From: Octopus vulgaris | Taxonomy: Eukaryota | Assembly (NCBI GenBank): GCA_951406725.2 | Contig: OX597816.1 | Span: 43,214,001-43,278,000, forward strand | Direction: 5' to 3' | DNA length: 64,000 nt | Translations under genes and position numbers: made by a program | Shown here: piece by piece, positions 52,508-64,000 of the stretch | Numbering within the stretch: the stretch's first letter is position 1 | Layout: every line of letters begins with the position of its first letter | The notes under the pieces: model-generated | Seen by the model: the letters and a program-made list of their open reading frames with translations, nothing else | The model's database searches: none | Told to the model about the DNA's origin: nothing

Positions 52508-53145
52508 TGTGTGTATAGTGTCGGTCGGTCGGTCGGTAGAGAGGGCATGTTTTTATTCGGTCAATGTGTTGAATCAGTTTACATAGTTTCCAAGGCATAA
52601 TATTACGTTCAATTTAGCCTCGGAGAAAACTGACGACAGTGGTGTTTTTTTATATATATTTACTGTCACTGTTAGTTTTAAAATTATTATCATTATTTCT
52701 ATTTTTCCGAATGCATTTCGGTACCAAGCTAGAGTAATAGAAGACCAGGGGATAATAATAGTAGTGGTGGAGGGCGACGGCAACGGTGATGATGATGGTG
52801 GTGGTGAGGGGGCATATGCGTTGATGATGGTGACTTATGTGGGGATGATGGTGGCAATGGTGGTGCTAGTTATCATTTTGCTAGAATGGGCGTTGTTTTT
52901 ATACATACTGTTGATGGAGAGATAACAGTTGTGATATTTGTAGGCGTAGTGATGGTAGCAGTGGTGACAGTGACAGTAAAAGTGGTGGAGGAGGTGTTTC
53001 CTTGTTTGTTATATTATTTGCAATATTTGCTGTAGACGTAGAATAGCCGAATCGTATACAAGCTCGGTTCGTAATCTCATGATCCACGGATCGAACTCGC
53101 CACGTGGCCTCTTGAGAAGATCTCATTTTTTTTTATAAACTAATA

Positions 53146-53568
53146 GGCGTAGGAGTGACTGTGTGGTAAGTAGCTTGCTTACTAACCCCATGGTTCCGAT
53201 TTCAGCCCCACTGCGTGGCACCTTGGGCAAGTGTCTTCTACTATAGCCTCGGGCCGACCGAAGCCTTGTGAGTGGATTTGGTAGACGGAAACTGAAAGAC
53301 GCCCGTCGTATATATGTATATATATATATGTATGTATGTGTGTGTGTATATGTTTGTGTGTCTGTGTTTGTCCCCCCAACATCGCTTGACAACCGATGCT
53401 GGTGTGTTTACGTCCCCGTAATTTAGCGGCTCGGCAAAAGAGAACTATAGAATAAGTGCTACGCTTACAAAGAATAACTCCTGGGGTCGAATTGCTCGAC
53501 TAAAGGTGGTGCTCCAGCATGGCCACAGTCAAATGACTGAAACAAGTTAAAGAAAGAATAAAAGAATA
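53146..53568 (+). mobile_element. SINE family B
   Basis: Full-length copy. Confidence 0.92.
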
Positions 53569-53988
53569 GTCGACTCATGCCTTGTGAGTGAAACTGAGAA
53601 AGCGGTGACTGTATAAGCACCCATCAGACCGCTTGCACTTGTAATTGAAAGGCCCAACTATATCACACTGTGTCACACTGATTCCGTCTGAGAATTATAT
53701 TAAAGGTACGCGCGTCAGTGGAATACTCAGACGGATAACATACACACGTATGCGTTAATTCAAGGAGTCTGGTTGTTTAGTTGATTGAATAACTAATATG
53801 TCTTTCGCGAAATTTCTGAAATTTCAGCCATTTTTTTTTTCCTTAAGTGTTTGCTGTTGAATGAGCGGCATTGTATCTAGGGGAATGTGGTGTCTATGAT
53901 AGTATGAACGGTATGGTATTTGCTTCAGTATGGATGGTGTCGTATTTGTGGTGGTTCTTTAACAGTATAGGCTATCTGTTGTTTGTGG

Positions 53989-54189
53989 CAGTGGTTTTCA
54001 ATCAGGGTTCCGCCAGTACAGTCCAGCGGTTCCGCAAGAAGTTACAAAACTGCTAAAATCGGCAGTAATTTTTAATTCTCCTGTGCAGATATGTGTGCAT
54101 AAAACTATTAAATTATTGCACAGGGGTTCCTCGTACCAGTGGAATGTTTCCTTCAGGTTCCGCTCCAGCAAAAAGTTTGAAAAGCACTG
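53989..54189. mobile_element. hAT (Charlie-like) MITE
   Basis: TIRs CAGTGGTTTTCAA / TTGAAAAGCACTG; perfect 8-bp TSD GTTTGTGG (53981-53988, 54190-54197). Confidence 0.92.
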
Positions 54190-55204
54190 GTTTGTGGTAA
54201 TATGGGCTGTGTGCTACCTGTGATACTGCGGTGTCTGTGATAATACGGGCAGTGTGATATCTATGGTAACTATATAAAGATTCAGCTAGTACATTGAATA
54301 AAATTTCGTTGTGTTGTTGATATTTTAGCCCCGAAAAGTCTCTGATTGAACATACACGTGACCAAATACATTCCAAGCGTGACTATTCCGTTTTAATTTC
54401 AGACTCAATTTATTCAGGATTAAATTTTCTGTTCAATTCTCTTCTAATATAGAGGGGATAATATTCAGGCTATTTACCTGCTATTTCTACCAAATCGAGA
54501 ATGTGGCATATTTCTGTAAATGAGGATTGTTTATGATGGTGTTGTTTTTGTTGTTGTTTTTGTTTTTCAGTAACATGTCAGTCATGATACAATCGATGGA
54601 GGTGTTGTTGATAAACAATAAAACGAGATATTCACGGTAAGAAAGGTAGCCTAAGTGGCTAGGCTATTGCACTCACGGTCTCGTGATCGTGGTTTCAATT
54701 TCTCGAATTACATATATAAGTGTACATGTGTGTGTGTTTGTGTGTGTGTATGTGTGTGTGAAGTGAATGTGCATTCGTGTGTGTGTGCGCGCGCATGCGT
54801 GTATGGTTATATATGGATATATATGTAAATAAAGACAATCTGAACAAACAAGTATTTCTCTGTAATCGCCATGCTATTGACATGTCTCGCTCTGCTAGAC
54901 ATAAGGGAAGAGGGTTACCTTATCAATACATGATGACACGTGATGACATGTGCAGAAGCAGTAACAGGTGGGCACTGAGGAGTTTATTGCTTCCAAACAA
55001 TCAGAATGTTGTTTCCATAAACACGTGTCAGTTTTGAAAAACTTTTTATTCTTGATGTTTTCTTCCATTCTCACTTGGAGTTTGCCCCAAACGCTACCTA
55101 GCGATTGTTTTATCTTCTCTAAAAGTGACGATAGATTCAATAAATCAAGATTATTTACGTTGTATAGGATTTCATATACCTGCATTCTTTTATTCATATT
55201 TCTT

Positions 55205-55602
55205 TGGCTGTGTGGTAAGTAGCTTGCTAACCAACCATATGGTTCCGGGTTCAGTCCTACTGCGTGGTATCTTGGGCAAGTGTCTTCTGATATAGCCCCA
55301 GGCCGACCAATGCCTTGTGAGTGGATTTGGTAGACGGAAACTGAAAGAAGCCTGTCGTATATATGTATATATATATGTGTGTGTGTATATGTGTTTGTGT
55401 GTCTGTGTTTGTCCCCCTAGCATTGCTTGACAACCGATGCTGGTGTGTTTACGTCCCCGTCACTTAGCGGTTCGGCAAAAGAGACCGATAGAATAAGTAC
55501 TGGGCTTACAAAGAATAAGTCCCGGGGTCGATTTGCTCGACTAAAGGCGGTGCTCCAGCATGGCCGCAGTCAAATGACTGAAACAAGTAAAAGAGTAAAG
55601 AG
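55205..55602 (+). mobile_element. SINE family B
   Basis: Near full-length copy. Confidence 0.92.
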
Positions 55603-55687
55603 TATACGAAATGTACGGCACTGATCAATTTTAAGTTTTTTCTCTGCTCGTTTTTGTCCATTTATGCATATACATACATGATCAGCT

Positions 55688-55933
55688 GCAGGCGTGGCTG
55701 TGTGGTAAGAAGCTTGCTTTCTATCATTTCATCTCATTATGTCCTTGTCCAGCCCGCAGCTTCCTTTCTTTGTAAGGCCTTTATGGCCATTTTAATGAAT
55801 AAAAGAAGCTTGCTTTCCAGCCAAATGGTTCCTGGTTCAGTCCCACACGGCACGCTGAGCAGGTGTCTTATAATTTAGCCTCGCGCCGATCAAACCATCT
55901 AAGTAGATTTGGTAGACGGATATTGAAAGCCCG

Positions 55934-55978
<45 letters not shown>

Positions 55979-56188
55979 TGTGTGTGAGTTTGTCTCCCAC
56001 TACTGCTTGACAACTTGTGTTGGTGTGTTTACGTCCTCGTAATGTAGCGGTTGAGCACAAGTAACCGATAAAATAAAGTGCTGGTCTTTAAAACAATAAG
56101 TCCTGTTGTCGATTTCTTCGACTAAAACCCTTCAAAGCGGTGTTTCAACATGGCCGCAGTCAAATGACTGAAACAAGGAAAGGAAAAT
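55688..56188 (+). mobile_element. SINE family B (diverged, interrupted head)
   Basis: Head split by ~90-bp insert bounded by repeated AAGAAGCTTGCTTTC. Confidence 0.8.
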
Positions 56189-56415
56189 ACATATGAGCAT
56201 ATATGTTTTACTTATATTTGGGTGTGTCTGGGTCCCTTGGTTGCTGAGCATAGTGTTGCTAGATATAGTTTTCATGTTGATTAGACCTGGAGTGCATACC
56301 AACAATTGACCCGTGCCTTTCTTTCATGGCATCGTCGATTTTGGAGGACTCTTGATTCTCGAAATAATCTTCTTTCTCATTTGGAGATAATCTCAATCGC
56401 CATTTAGCAATTATA

Positions 56416-56677
56416 AAAAAATAAATAAACGCGTCCTTTTAAAGCCTAACCAGGCTCATGGGCCCGGTTTCCCGGTTTCTATGGCGTATGTGCTTCCCAG
56501 CTGGACGGGACGCCAGTCCATCGCAGCGTTATTCATTTTTGCTAGCTGAGTGAACTGGAGCAACGTGAAATGAAGTGTTTTGCTCAAGAACACAACGCGT
56601 CGCCCGGTGCAGGAATCGAAACTACAATCTTACGATCATGGTGCTGACACCATAACCACTAAGCCACGCGCCTCCAC
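56416..56677 (-). mobile_element. SINE with family-A head/core and a third 3' tail
   Basis: Tail CTGCGATGGACTGGCGTCCCGTCCAG..AGAAACCGGGAAACCGGG; TSD ATTTAGCAATTATA (56402-56415, 56678-56691). Confidence 0.88.
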
Positions 56678-57018
56678 ATTTAGCAATTATAGGCAACCCT
56701 TTTCGAAGCGAACATGGTTTTGAATCTAACAAGGTATGGTATTTGATGTACTGGACCACCAGCGAAGGGGAGCACTGATGGCCCTGGTCGACTCTACGCA
56801 CGATGACTTCTCTAGGGCCACTTACCTAACACCCCAGACCCTTCAATCAAGAACATGACGCAAGAAGCAAGCAAGTTGTAAATACCTGTATATGTTCATG
56901 TTGTTCATGCAAATGCCACTGGTCAACTTGAGTTATTTCCCTTACCTCATTCGTTTGCTTAAATCTCACACACATACACATACGGACGCTTATAGGTAAG
57001 AGTGCCTGTATACATACA

Positions 57019-57412
57019 CTAACAGTATCGCCCGGCGTTGCTCGGGTTTGTTTCGACCCTTTAGAATTGGAATTTTTGAAAAGTAAAAATTTTGCATTAT
57101 GTAGCTTGTTAATATCTTTAAGTGAACCTTTTTCTGGTCGAAATACACCGAAAAATGGCGACATGGCAGTCAAAACATCGTAAAGAAATAGGGATTTTCA
57201 TAGACAATAAGCACCATGTTGATGTAAATAATTTTTGGTTTTAACATGGTCCGATTTGAATTTTTTTCTTCTACGGAAGGAAGAGCAAGCATTCTTCAAT
57301 CATACTTTCAATTTTGGTCAACTTGCGCCGCAGGGTCTCGGAGGAGATAGTGTTAGTTGAAGGCTACCCAACCTGGCATACACAGACATCTTCAGCTTAA
57401 TATAGAGAGAGA
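57019..57412 (-). mobile_element. non-autonomous Helitron
   Basis: Minus strand 5' TC.. and 3' ACAAACCCGAGCAACGCCGGGCGATACTG-TTAG|T, identical to the 3797-4194 end except CTAG>TTAG. Confidence 0.82.
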
Positions 57413-57456
57413 TTTGTGAGTCTAGGTAAATGAGTATATGAGAGAGAGAGAGAGAG

Positions 57457-57586
<130 letters not shown>

Positions 57587-58151
57587 GAAACCTGCGGTTG
57601 TTAAATTCATGGCAGTTGTAACAGTTGCATTGCTGACGTTCAATGACGGAATGATGATAAGTTAGATGCGTTGGATATCGGTGATGTTTAGTATTGCCAG
57701 TTGTTGATTCTGGCAGTCGTCTGGTCGTTTGTTATGCTAGTTGATGATAACCGGTTGCGGGTCTAAGAGGTGTTAGAGGTGGCGCTGTCGAAGCCGAGGT
57801 AATGATAACGGTGGTACCGCGTTGTTGTTGTTGTTATTGTTGTTATTGGTGTTGGTGGTGGTGGTGGTGGTCGGTTTCACGTTGGTGGGTAGTGGAATAT
57901 AGAAAGGATATGACGGCAAACAAATGAATAAAAGAAGTATTTATTATCAAGGCATGAAGCGTAGTTTTATTTTGTGAGGATGTTATTGCAAAACTGGTTA
58001 ACGTTTGGCAATAGGCCATTTCAAAACCTAACCCATTGCACATGGTTGAATGGCCAGCGAGTAGCGCACATATACACGCGAAAAATAAGCGCACGCATAT
58101 GCACGCACCCGTGCACACATATGTTGCTTTATCTAAATATGGACCCTCTCA

Positions 58152-58191
<40 letters not shown>

Positions 58192-58982
58192 GTGTGTGTG
58201 TGTGTAGATATATATATATATATATATATACACGGGTACGCATATACATATATACGTGAATATGTGTGTGTGTGTGAGTGTGTGGATTTTGTGTATGTGT
58301 ACCGCTGTTTATATGTTTTTATATACTCACATATAGGAATCTAGGTATCTTGTGTGTATATCTATAACTATATATATATATTCATCTCTCTATTTATTTT
58401 TATATAAATGTATATATACTCATATACATACATGAATATATATATATATATTCTACGCTTACACACACACACACGCACAACATGCCTATATATATAATAT
58501 ATATATATACACACAATATGCCTATATATATATAATATATATGTATATATATTCACAGACGCACACACACATGCACATATAGTGTGTATATGGTGATAGA
58601 AATAATAATTTAAAGGTTGTAGGATCGTTCTTCGTTTCTATAAAACACGGGAAACATCGCCTGACGAGCTGTAATGTAGTGAAACGAGTCTTTCTCCTAA
58701 TGTATTGTCCTTAATATCAATAATGCAGTAATATAGTCAAGATACTAACGTGTTCGCTCCTTTCTTTGATAGCAGGATTCACTATTTTCGTTGCATATGC
58801 ATGTATACGTATGTATGTATGTATGTATGTATGGATGGATGGATGGATGGATGGATGGATGGATGGATGGACGGATGTATATACGTGTGTGTGTGTGTGT
58901 ATATATGTATACAATATATATATATGTGTGTGTGCGTGTGTGTGTGTGTGTGTGTGTATGTGTGTGTGTGAATTGGAGAGGG

Positions 58983-59134
58983 ACTGGCTGTGTGGCAAGG
59001 AGCCTTCTTGCCAGCCATACGCTTTCGGGCCCCGCCCCACTGCTTGGCACGTTAGGCAAGTATGTTTCTATAGCCTCGGACGGACCAAAGCCTTGTGAGT
59101 GGATTTGGAAGACGGAAACTGAAAGAAGCCCTTC

Positions 59135-59196
<62 letters not shown>

Positions 59197-59368
59197 GTGT
59201 GTTTCTTTGTGTCAGTGTTTGCCGCCCACTCCACCCCAGCATCACCGTTTGAAAACCGGAATTGGTGTGTTCTCACAACTTAGCGGCAAAAAAAGACCGA
59301 TAGAATTTGTTCGACTAAAAACTTGAAGGTGGTGTTCAAATAAGTGAAACAAGTAAAAGAATAAAAGA

Positions 59369-59370
<2 letters not shown>
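58983..59370 (+). mobile_element. SINE family B (diverged)
   Basis: Head/core/tail recognisable, followed by (GATA)n. Confidence 0.8.
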
Positions 59371-59458
<88 letters not shown>

Positions 59459-59475
59459 GGATGGAGGGATGGATG

Positions 59476-59579
<104 letters not shown>

Positions 59580-59974
59580 TACATGACCAGCGGCCGGTTC
59601 CTCTTTCTCTTCCTTTCTTAGACTGGGCCCTTAGCTGACCAGTCGCAAATTCAGTCTCTCTGTTCTCCATCCTTCCAACAATTCTCGTCTCCGTAGCCCC
59701 TTTCTTCGATTGTTCGTCCTTTTCCACCGTCCTAAATCCCTTTCTGTGTCGTTTTCCTTGTTTTGTTTGCCCTTGTCCCTAATTCTACGCAAAAAAATTT
59801 TTTTTTTTTTTTTTTGCGTGCTCTGTCAACTGGAGAGCACTGGGTCGAACCGTTGAAGGTGCGAAACTGAACCATTTGTTGATAACTGATGAAAAATTAT
59901 GGACCTTCTGTTTTTCTCCCGTTCGTTTTTACATTGAGTATACGTTACGTCGTTTGTTTCTCTTTTTTTTTCAC

Positions 59975-60368
59975 TCTCTTTTACGTGTTTCAGTCATTTG
60001 ACTGCGGCCATGCTGGAGCACCGCCTTTAATCGAGCAACTCGACCCCGGGACTTATTCCTCCTGTAACCCCAGTACTTATTCTATCGGTCTCTTTTGCAG
60101 GACCGCTAAGTTACGGGGACGTAAACACACCAGCATCGGTTGTCAAGCAATGCTAGGGGGGGGGGCAAACACAAACATACATGCACACATATATATACAT
60201 ATATACGACGGGCTTCTTTCAGTTTCCGTCTACCAAATCCACTCACAAGGCTTTGGTTGGCCCGAGGCTATAGTAGAAGACACTTGCCCAAGGTGCCACG
60301 CAGTGGGACTGAACCCGGAACTATGTGGTTGGTAAGCAAGCTACTTACCACACAGCCACACCTGTGCC
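59975..60368 (-). mobile_element. SINE family B
   Basis: Full-length reverse-complement copy. Confidence 0.92.
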
Positions 60369-60759
60369 TATAAACAAAATAATGAGTTACCGCAGAAGCG
60401 TCTATTTGGTTGCTTGATTTATTAGAAATAGCAGCCAAGTTTCCCTCCAATCATTCCATTCAGTAGATAAACCTACAGGAATGAAAAGCAAGATAATCCC
60501 GGCGAGACTCGAACTCAAAGACAACGACGCAAAGAATAATTGTCTGTCACTCTTTCACTTCCACCACCGCACCAATTTTTATACATTTCTCATTTACATT
60601 CTCATTTATATATGCATATAGAGAGTTTAGTAGAGTTAGAGGTAGGAATAACAGTCTAAGGGATAAAAGTATCCATTATACTACCGATATAATTACCTAT
60701 GTTAACACTGGACATACGTCTTAAGCTCATAGATTACAGATAATGACATAGATATACAT

Positions 60760-61780
60760 TGGTTTATCAGGAGTCAAATTTAAAATAAACAGAAAATGAA
60801 AAAATATTGATCAACAACAACGGACCTACATCGATGAATTGAACTGTCGTCTAAATAACCCAAAATTAAAAATTACACTGACATTTCATTTTAACAGATA
60901 TATTTAGCAAAATTACATAGAAATATTTTAAATAAAATCGCTATTGGCTTCTACCACGGTCTCCGGACTACTTCGAAAATCTCCTGCAGCTCTTCTGGAC
61001 GGTCTCTTTGTTTAAGTTGGTAAATGCTGCCATAATCCTTGCATTCAGTTCATCTTTGTTGTTACAAGGAATTTTGTTGGTGGTCTCTCGCTCATTTGGG
61101 AATCTCGCTCAACTTAATAATAATTAAGGAGGTTGCAGTCTGAGAAGTTAGGTGATCAGATGTTAGGGGTGATGTGGTCGGACAATTTGCCTGGCAGCTA
61201 TGACTGGGTTCTCCTGCTTGTGTGGCGTTGCCAAACGTAAGTTTTTTCCACTAGCCACTCTATTGACCCAAGGCAACACTCTTTTCTCCAGGCACTTGAT
61301 GTAGGCCTCCGTGTTGAGTATGGGCTCTGTAGGAAGATAAATGGAGGAAAACGTCGCCATCTATAGTGATCACTCCAAACACCATGATGTTGACTGGATG
61401 TTTGATTTTTATCATTCTCGGTACATGTTCATATTGGTACATTTCCGTACTGTAGCTTCCGGGGCGAATGCCAAGCAATACAGCATGTCTCCAAATTTCG
61501 GGTAGAGTGAATTGCCTAATGATGCTGTTTTCCTCACAGACGGTGCCCAGCTAAGCCTACTATACTGTATAGTTAACAAAATCAAATCAAATAATGTGTC
61601 TGCGCAAGTATAAAATGGCGATATATAACCTCCTTTCCTTTTGCCCATGATCACTTCACTGCCGGACGTGGGCCTCAGCATGGTCTCTCCAACAACTATG
61701 ATCTGATGTATAGGCAGTGAATTTGAGCTTGAAATCATACAGGTTTGATGAGTCTGCTTTTTTATGCTAGTTCGGCGTGG
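60760..61780 (-). mobile_element. internally deleted maT/DD37D-like Tc1/mariner transposon
   Basis: Decayed frames KIKHPVNIMVFGVIT.DGDV, LNTEAYIKCLEK.VLPW, HTSRRTQ, DHITPNI*SPNFSDCN.LNYY, KDELNARIMAAFTNL; N-terminal HAVLLGIR at ~61490; ends approximate. Confidence 0.75.
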
Positions 61781-61847
61781 CTTGGCAGAGGGATGCATTT
61801 TTTTTTATACCCATTCCCAAAGTAGTTAAAACGAATACATATAAGTG

Positions 61848-61903
<56 letters not shown>

Positions 61904-61911
<8 letters not shown>

Positions 61912-62160
61912 ATGTTTGCTATCTCAATATGGCTAACCACTAACGGTGGGTGTTACTGTAGCTTGTAGCTCCAGGAGAACATCGTCTCTAGCTGGCTTTA
62001 GGCACACTTTAGGCCTAAAGCCAGCTGGAGACGATGTTCTCCTGTGGCTACAAGCTACAGTAACACCCACCCTTAGTGGTTAGCCATATTGAGATGGCAA
62101 ACATACCTCACATTGTCGTGCAGTTACTGTTTATACCTCGTTCAGAGATTTATTATTGCT
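61904..62160. repeat. fold-back element between microsatellites, ~100-bp arms
   Basis: Arms 61904-62003 / 62013-62112 with a few mismatches; central palindrome CTTTAGGCCTAAAG; homologous to 22097-22273. Confidence 0.88.
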
Positions 62161-62178
62161 TATATATATATGTATATA

Positions 62179-63230
62179 CAGGGTGTTCCAGAAGTCATGG
62201 GCACATTTCAAGTCCTCATATCTGCTGCACTATGATTAGTAGTAAGATGAAACTGATATCATTTTAAAACTAAATTCATTAAGTTTTTTGTAATGCTAAT
62301 GACTTTTTCATATTTTTTCAGATCCAGTAATGGCGTTCACTCAACCAGAAAAGGCCTTTTGCATCCTTTAATTTGCAAAAACTGAACCATGGACACTTGT
62401 TCAACGTGAATTTTGCACAAAATTCCGAAAAGAGGCATCATAAAGGAAGTCCATATTGAGATGGCATGGTAAATTCATGAAGGATGGGTGTTTGTACCCA
62501 ACTAAGAGAACGGGACGCCCCTCAACTTCAGCTGATACGGTTGAGCGAGTTCGAACTGCCTTCGAGCGGAGTCCCCGTAAATCAGTCAGAAGAGCCAGTA
62601 GGGAACTTCAGCTTCCTACAACAACTGTTTGGCGTATTTTAAAAAGACGACTGCAGATGACACCTTACAAGCTACAGTTAGTCCAACATTTGCAGGACAC
62701 TGATAAACCAGCAATGCAAGTAAAGTTGAAAGATGACGGATTCGATGACCGGCTTGTTTTTAGCGATGAGGCGACCGACCTTCCACGTAAATGGCAAAGT
62801 TAACAAGCATAACACTCGCATATGGGGTACTGAAAACCCACATGGACTTTTTGAGCATCAGTGAGATTCCCCAAAGGTAAACGTGTTTTGTGCCATGTCC
62901 AAGAAAGCTGTCTACGGACCATTATTCTTTGAAGGAGCAACAGTCAATGGTGACACGTACCTCGACATGCTGGGAGACTGGTTAATGGATAAGTTGAGTG
63001 AGGAAGAGTCTGACGACTTCATTTTCCAACAGGATGGGGCCCCCACCGCACTGGAGCCTCGGGTTAGAAACACAACACTGCCAGACAGATGGATTGGACT
63101 GTCTGGGCGAGATGATCGAGTTCTCATGCCCTGGCCTCCCAGGTCTCCAGATGTCACACCCTGCGATTTCTTTTTTTTTGGGGGGGGGGGTGAGAAAGGA
63201 CTGGTCTATGTGCCTCCCCTTCCAAAAGAC
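62179..63230 (+). mobile_element. rosa/DD41D-like Tc1/mariner transposon, 3'-truncated, pseudogenised transposase
   Basis: TA+CAGGGTGTTCC TIR start; ATG 62330; VQREF..GRPST..SPRKSVRRASRELQL..FSDEA..RIWGTENPH..FQQDGAP..WPPRSPDVTPCDFF, with stops and frameshifts. Confidence 0.9.
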
Positions 63231-63401
63231 TCAAAGAAACAAGTATATACTACTAATATTACTACTACTACTATTACTACTACTACTACTACAAGTACTT
63301 CTACTACAACTACTACTACTGCTGCTAATGCTACTATTACCACCACTACTACTACTACTTGGTTTGTTTTCCTTCTTATATTTCCTTTTTATATATTCTT
63401 A

Positions 63402-63436
<35 letters not shown>

Positions 63437-64000
63437 ATAGTAGTAGTAGTAGTAGTAGTAGTAGTAACAGCACCAGCACCAGCAACAGCACGAAGGATGC
63501 ATGAATAGTTAATCTTGTTCTCATCATATGAAATATGATCCCCTAAACAGGACACGTTAACAAAGGCCAGAACAATACTGAGTTCGTTTGAATAGAGTCA
63601 CGGCCATATTTTATTTGGAACGAGTTTGTTTGAGTGAATCGACTCCCATCCAGCATAATGCATTTGGATGAACAGAGAGAGTGAAAGACTGAGAGAAAGA
63701 GAGAGAGAGTGTGTAGGGAGGGACAGAAAGAGGAAGAGAGCGAAAGGCAGAGAGAAATGAGAAACAGAGAGAAATGATAGACAGACAAGCAGAGTAAGAG
63801 AAAGAGGAAGTGGGATTATAGCTATTTCTGTTCAGTATTAGGTAAACCCTGATTGACCATGCCTATGATTAAATGCACTCCAGATGTAACCATGTTTTAA
63901 ATTTTTTCGGACAATTAGAGTTGCTTTTATATAATGTGTCTTTCCCTTCTTTAAGGAGAAAGGGTGTAATTTAAGATAGAGTTTGACTGCTATTTCAAGC

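Noticed and set aside
58655-58700. CTGACGA-GCTG..TAGT-GAAAC-GAGTC hammerhead-like core
   Set aside because: Stem I cannot be formed and stem II is weak; at best a decayed copy.

Overview
Eukaryotic, AT-rich, extremely repeat-dense genomic DNA. It is most likely a coleoid cephalopod (Octopus-type repeat landscape, inferred from the SINE and microsatellite content). No intact protein-coding gene is evident, and nearly all ORFs in the track are microsatellite artefacts. The window is a mosaic of (TA)n/(CA)n/(AAT)n/(GATA)n microsatellites and at least three tRNA-derived SINE families (30+ copies, several with clear TSDs). It also holds decayed mariner, DD37D and rosa-type Tc1/mariner transposons, a hAT MITE, non-autonomous Helitrons and a Helentron-like element, RTE, Tx1/L1 and R4/Dong LINE fragments, and a decayed GAPVD1-like pseudogene fragment. 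The most notable signal is a set of type-I hammerhead-ribozyme (HHR) motifs at about 8 loci from several distinct repeat families. They are associated with Penelope-like fold-back (inverted) insertions, often in (TA)n tracts. One is a non-coding element that fuses a tRNA-derived Pol III head to a hammerhead-containing tail and is inserted as a head-to-head inverted dimer with a 13-bp TSD. All structures were read and folded by eye; no database searches were run.
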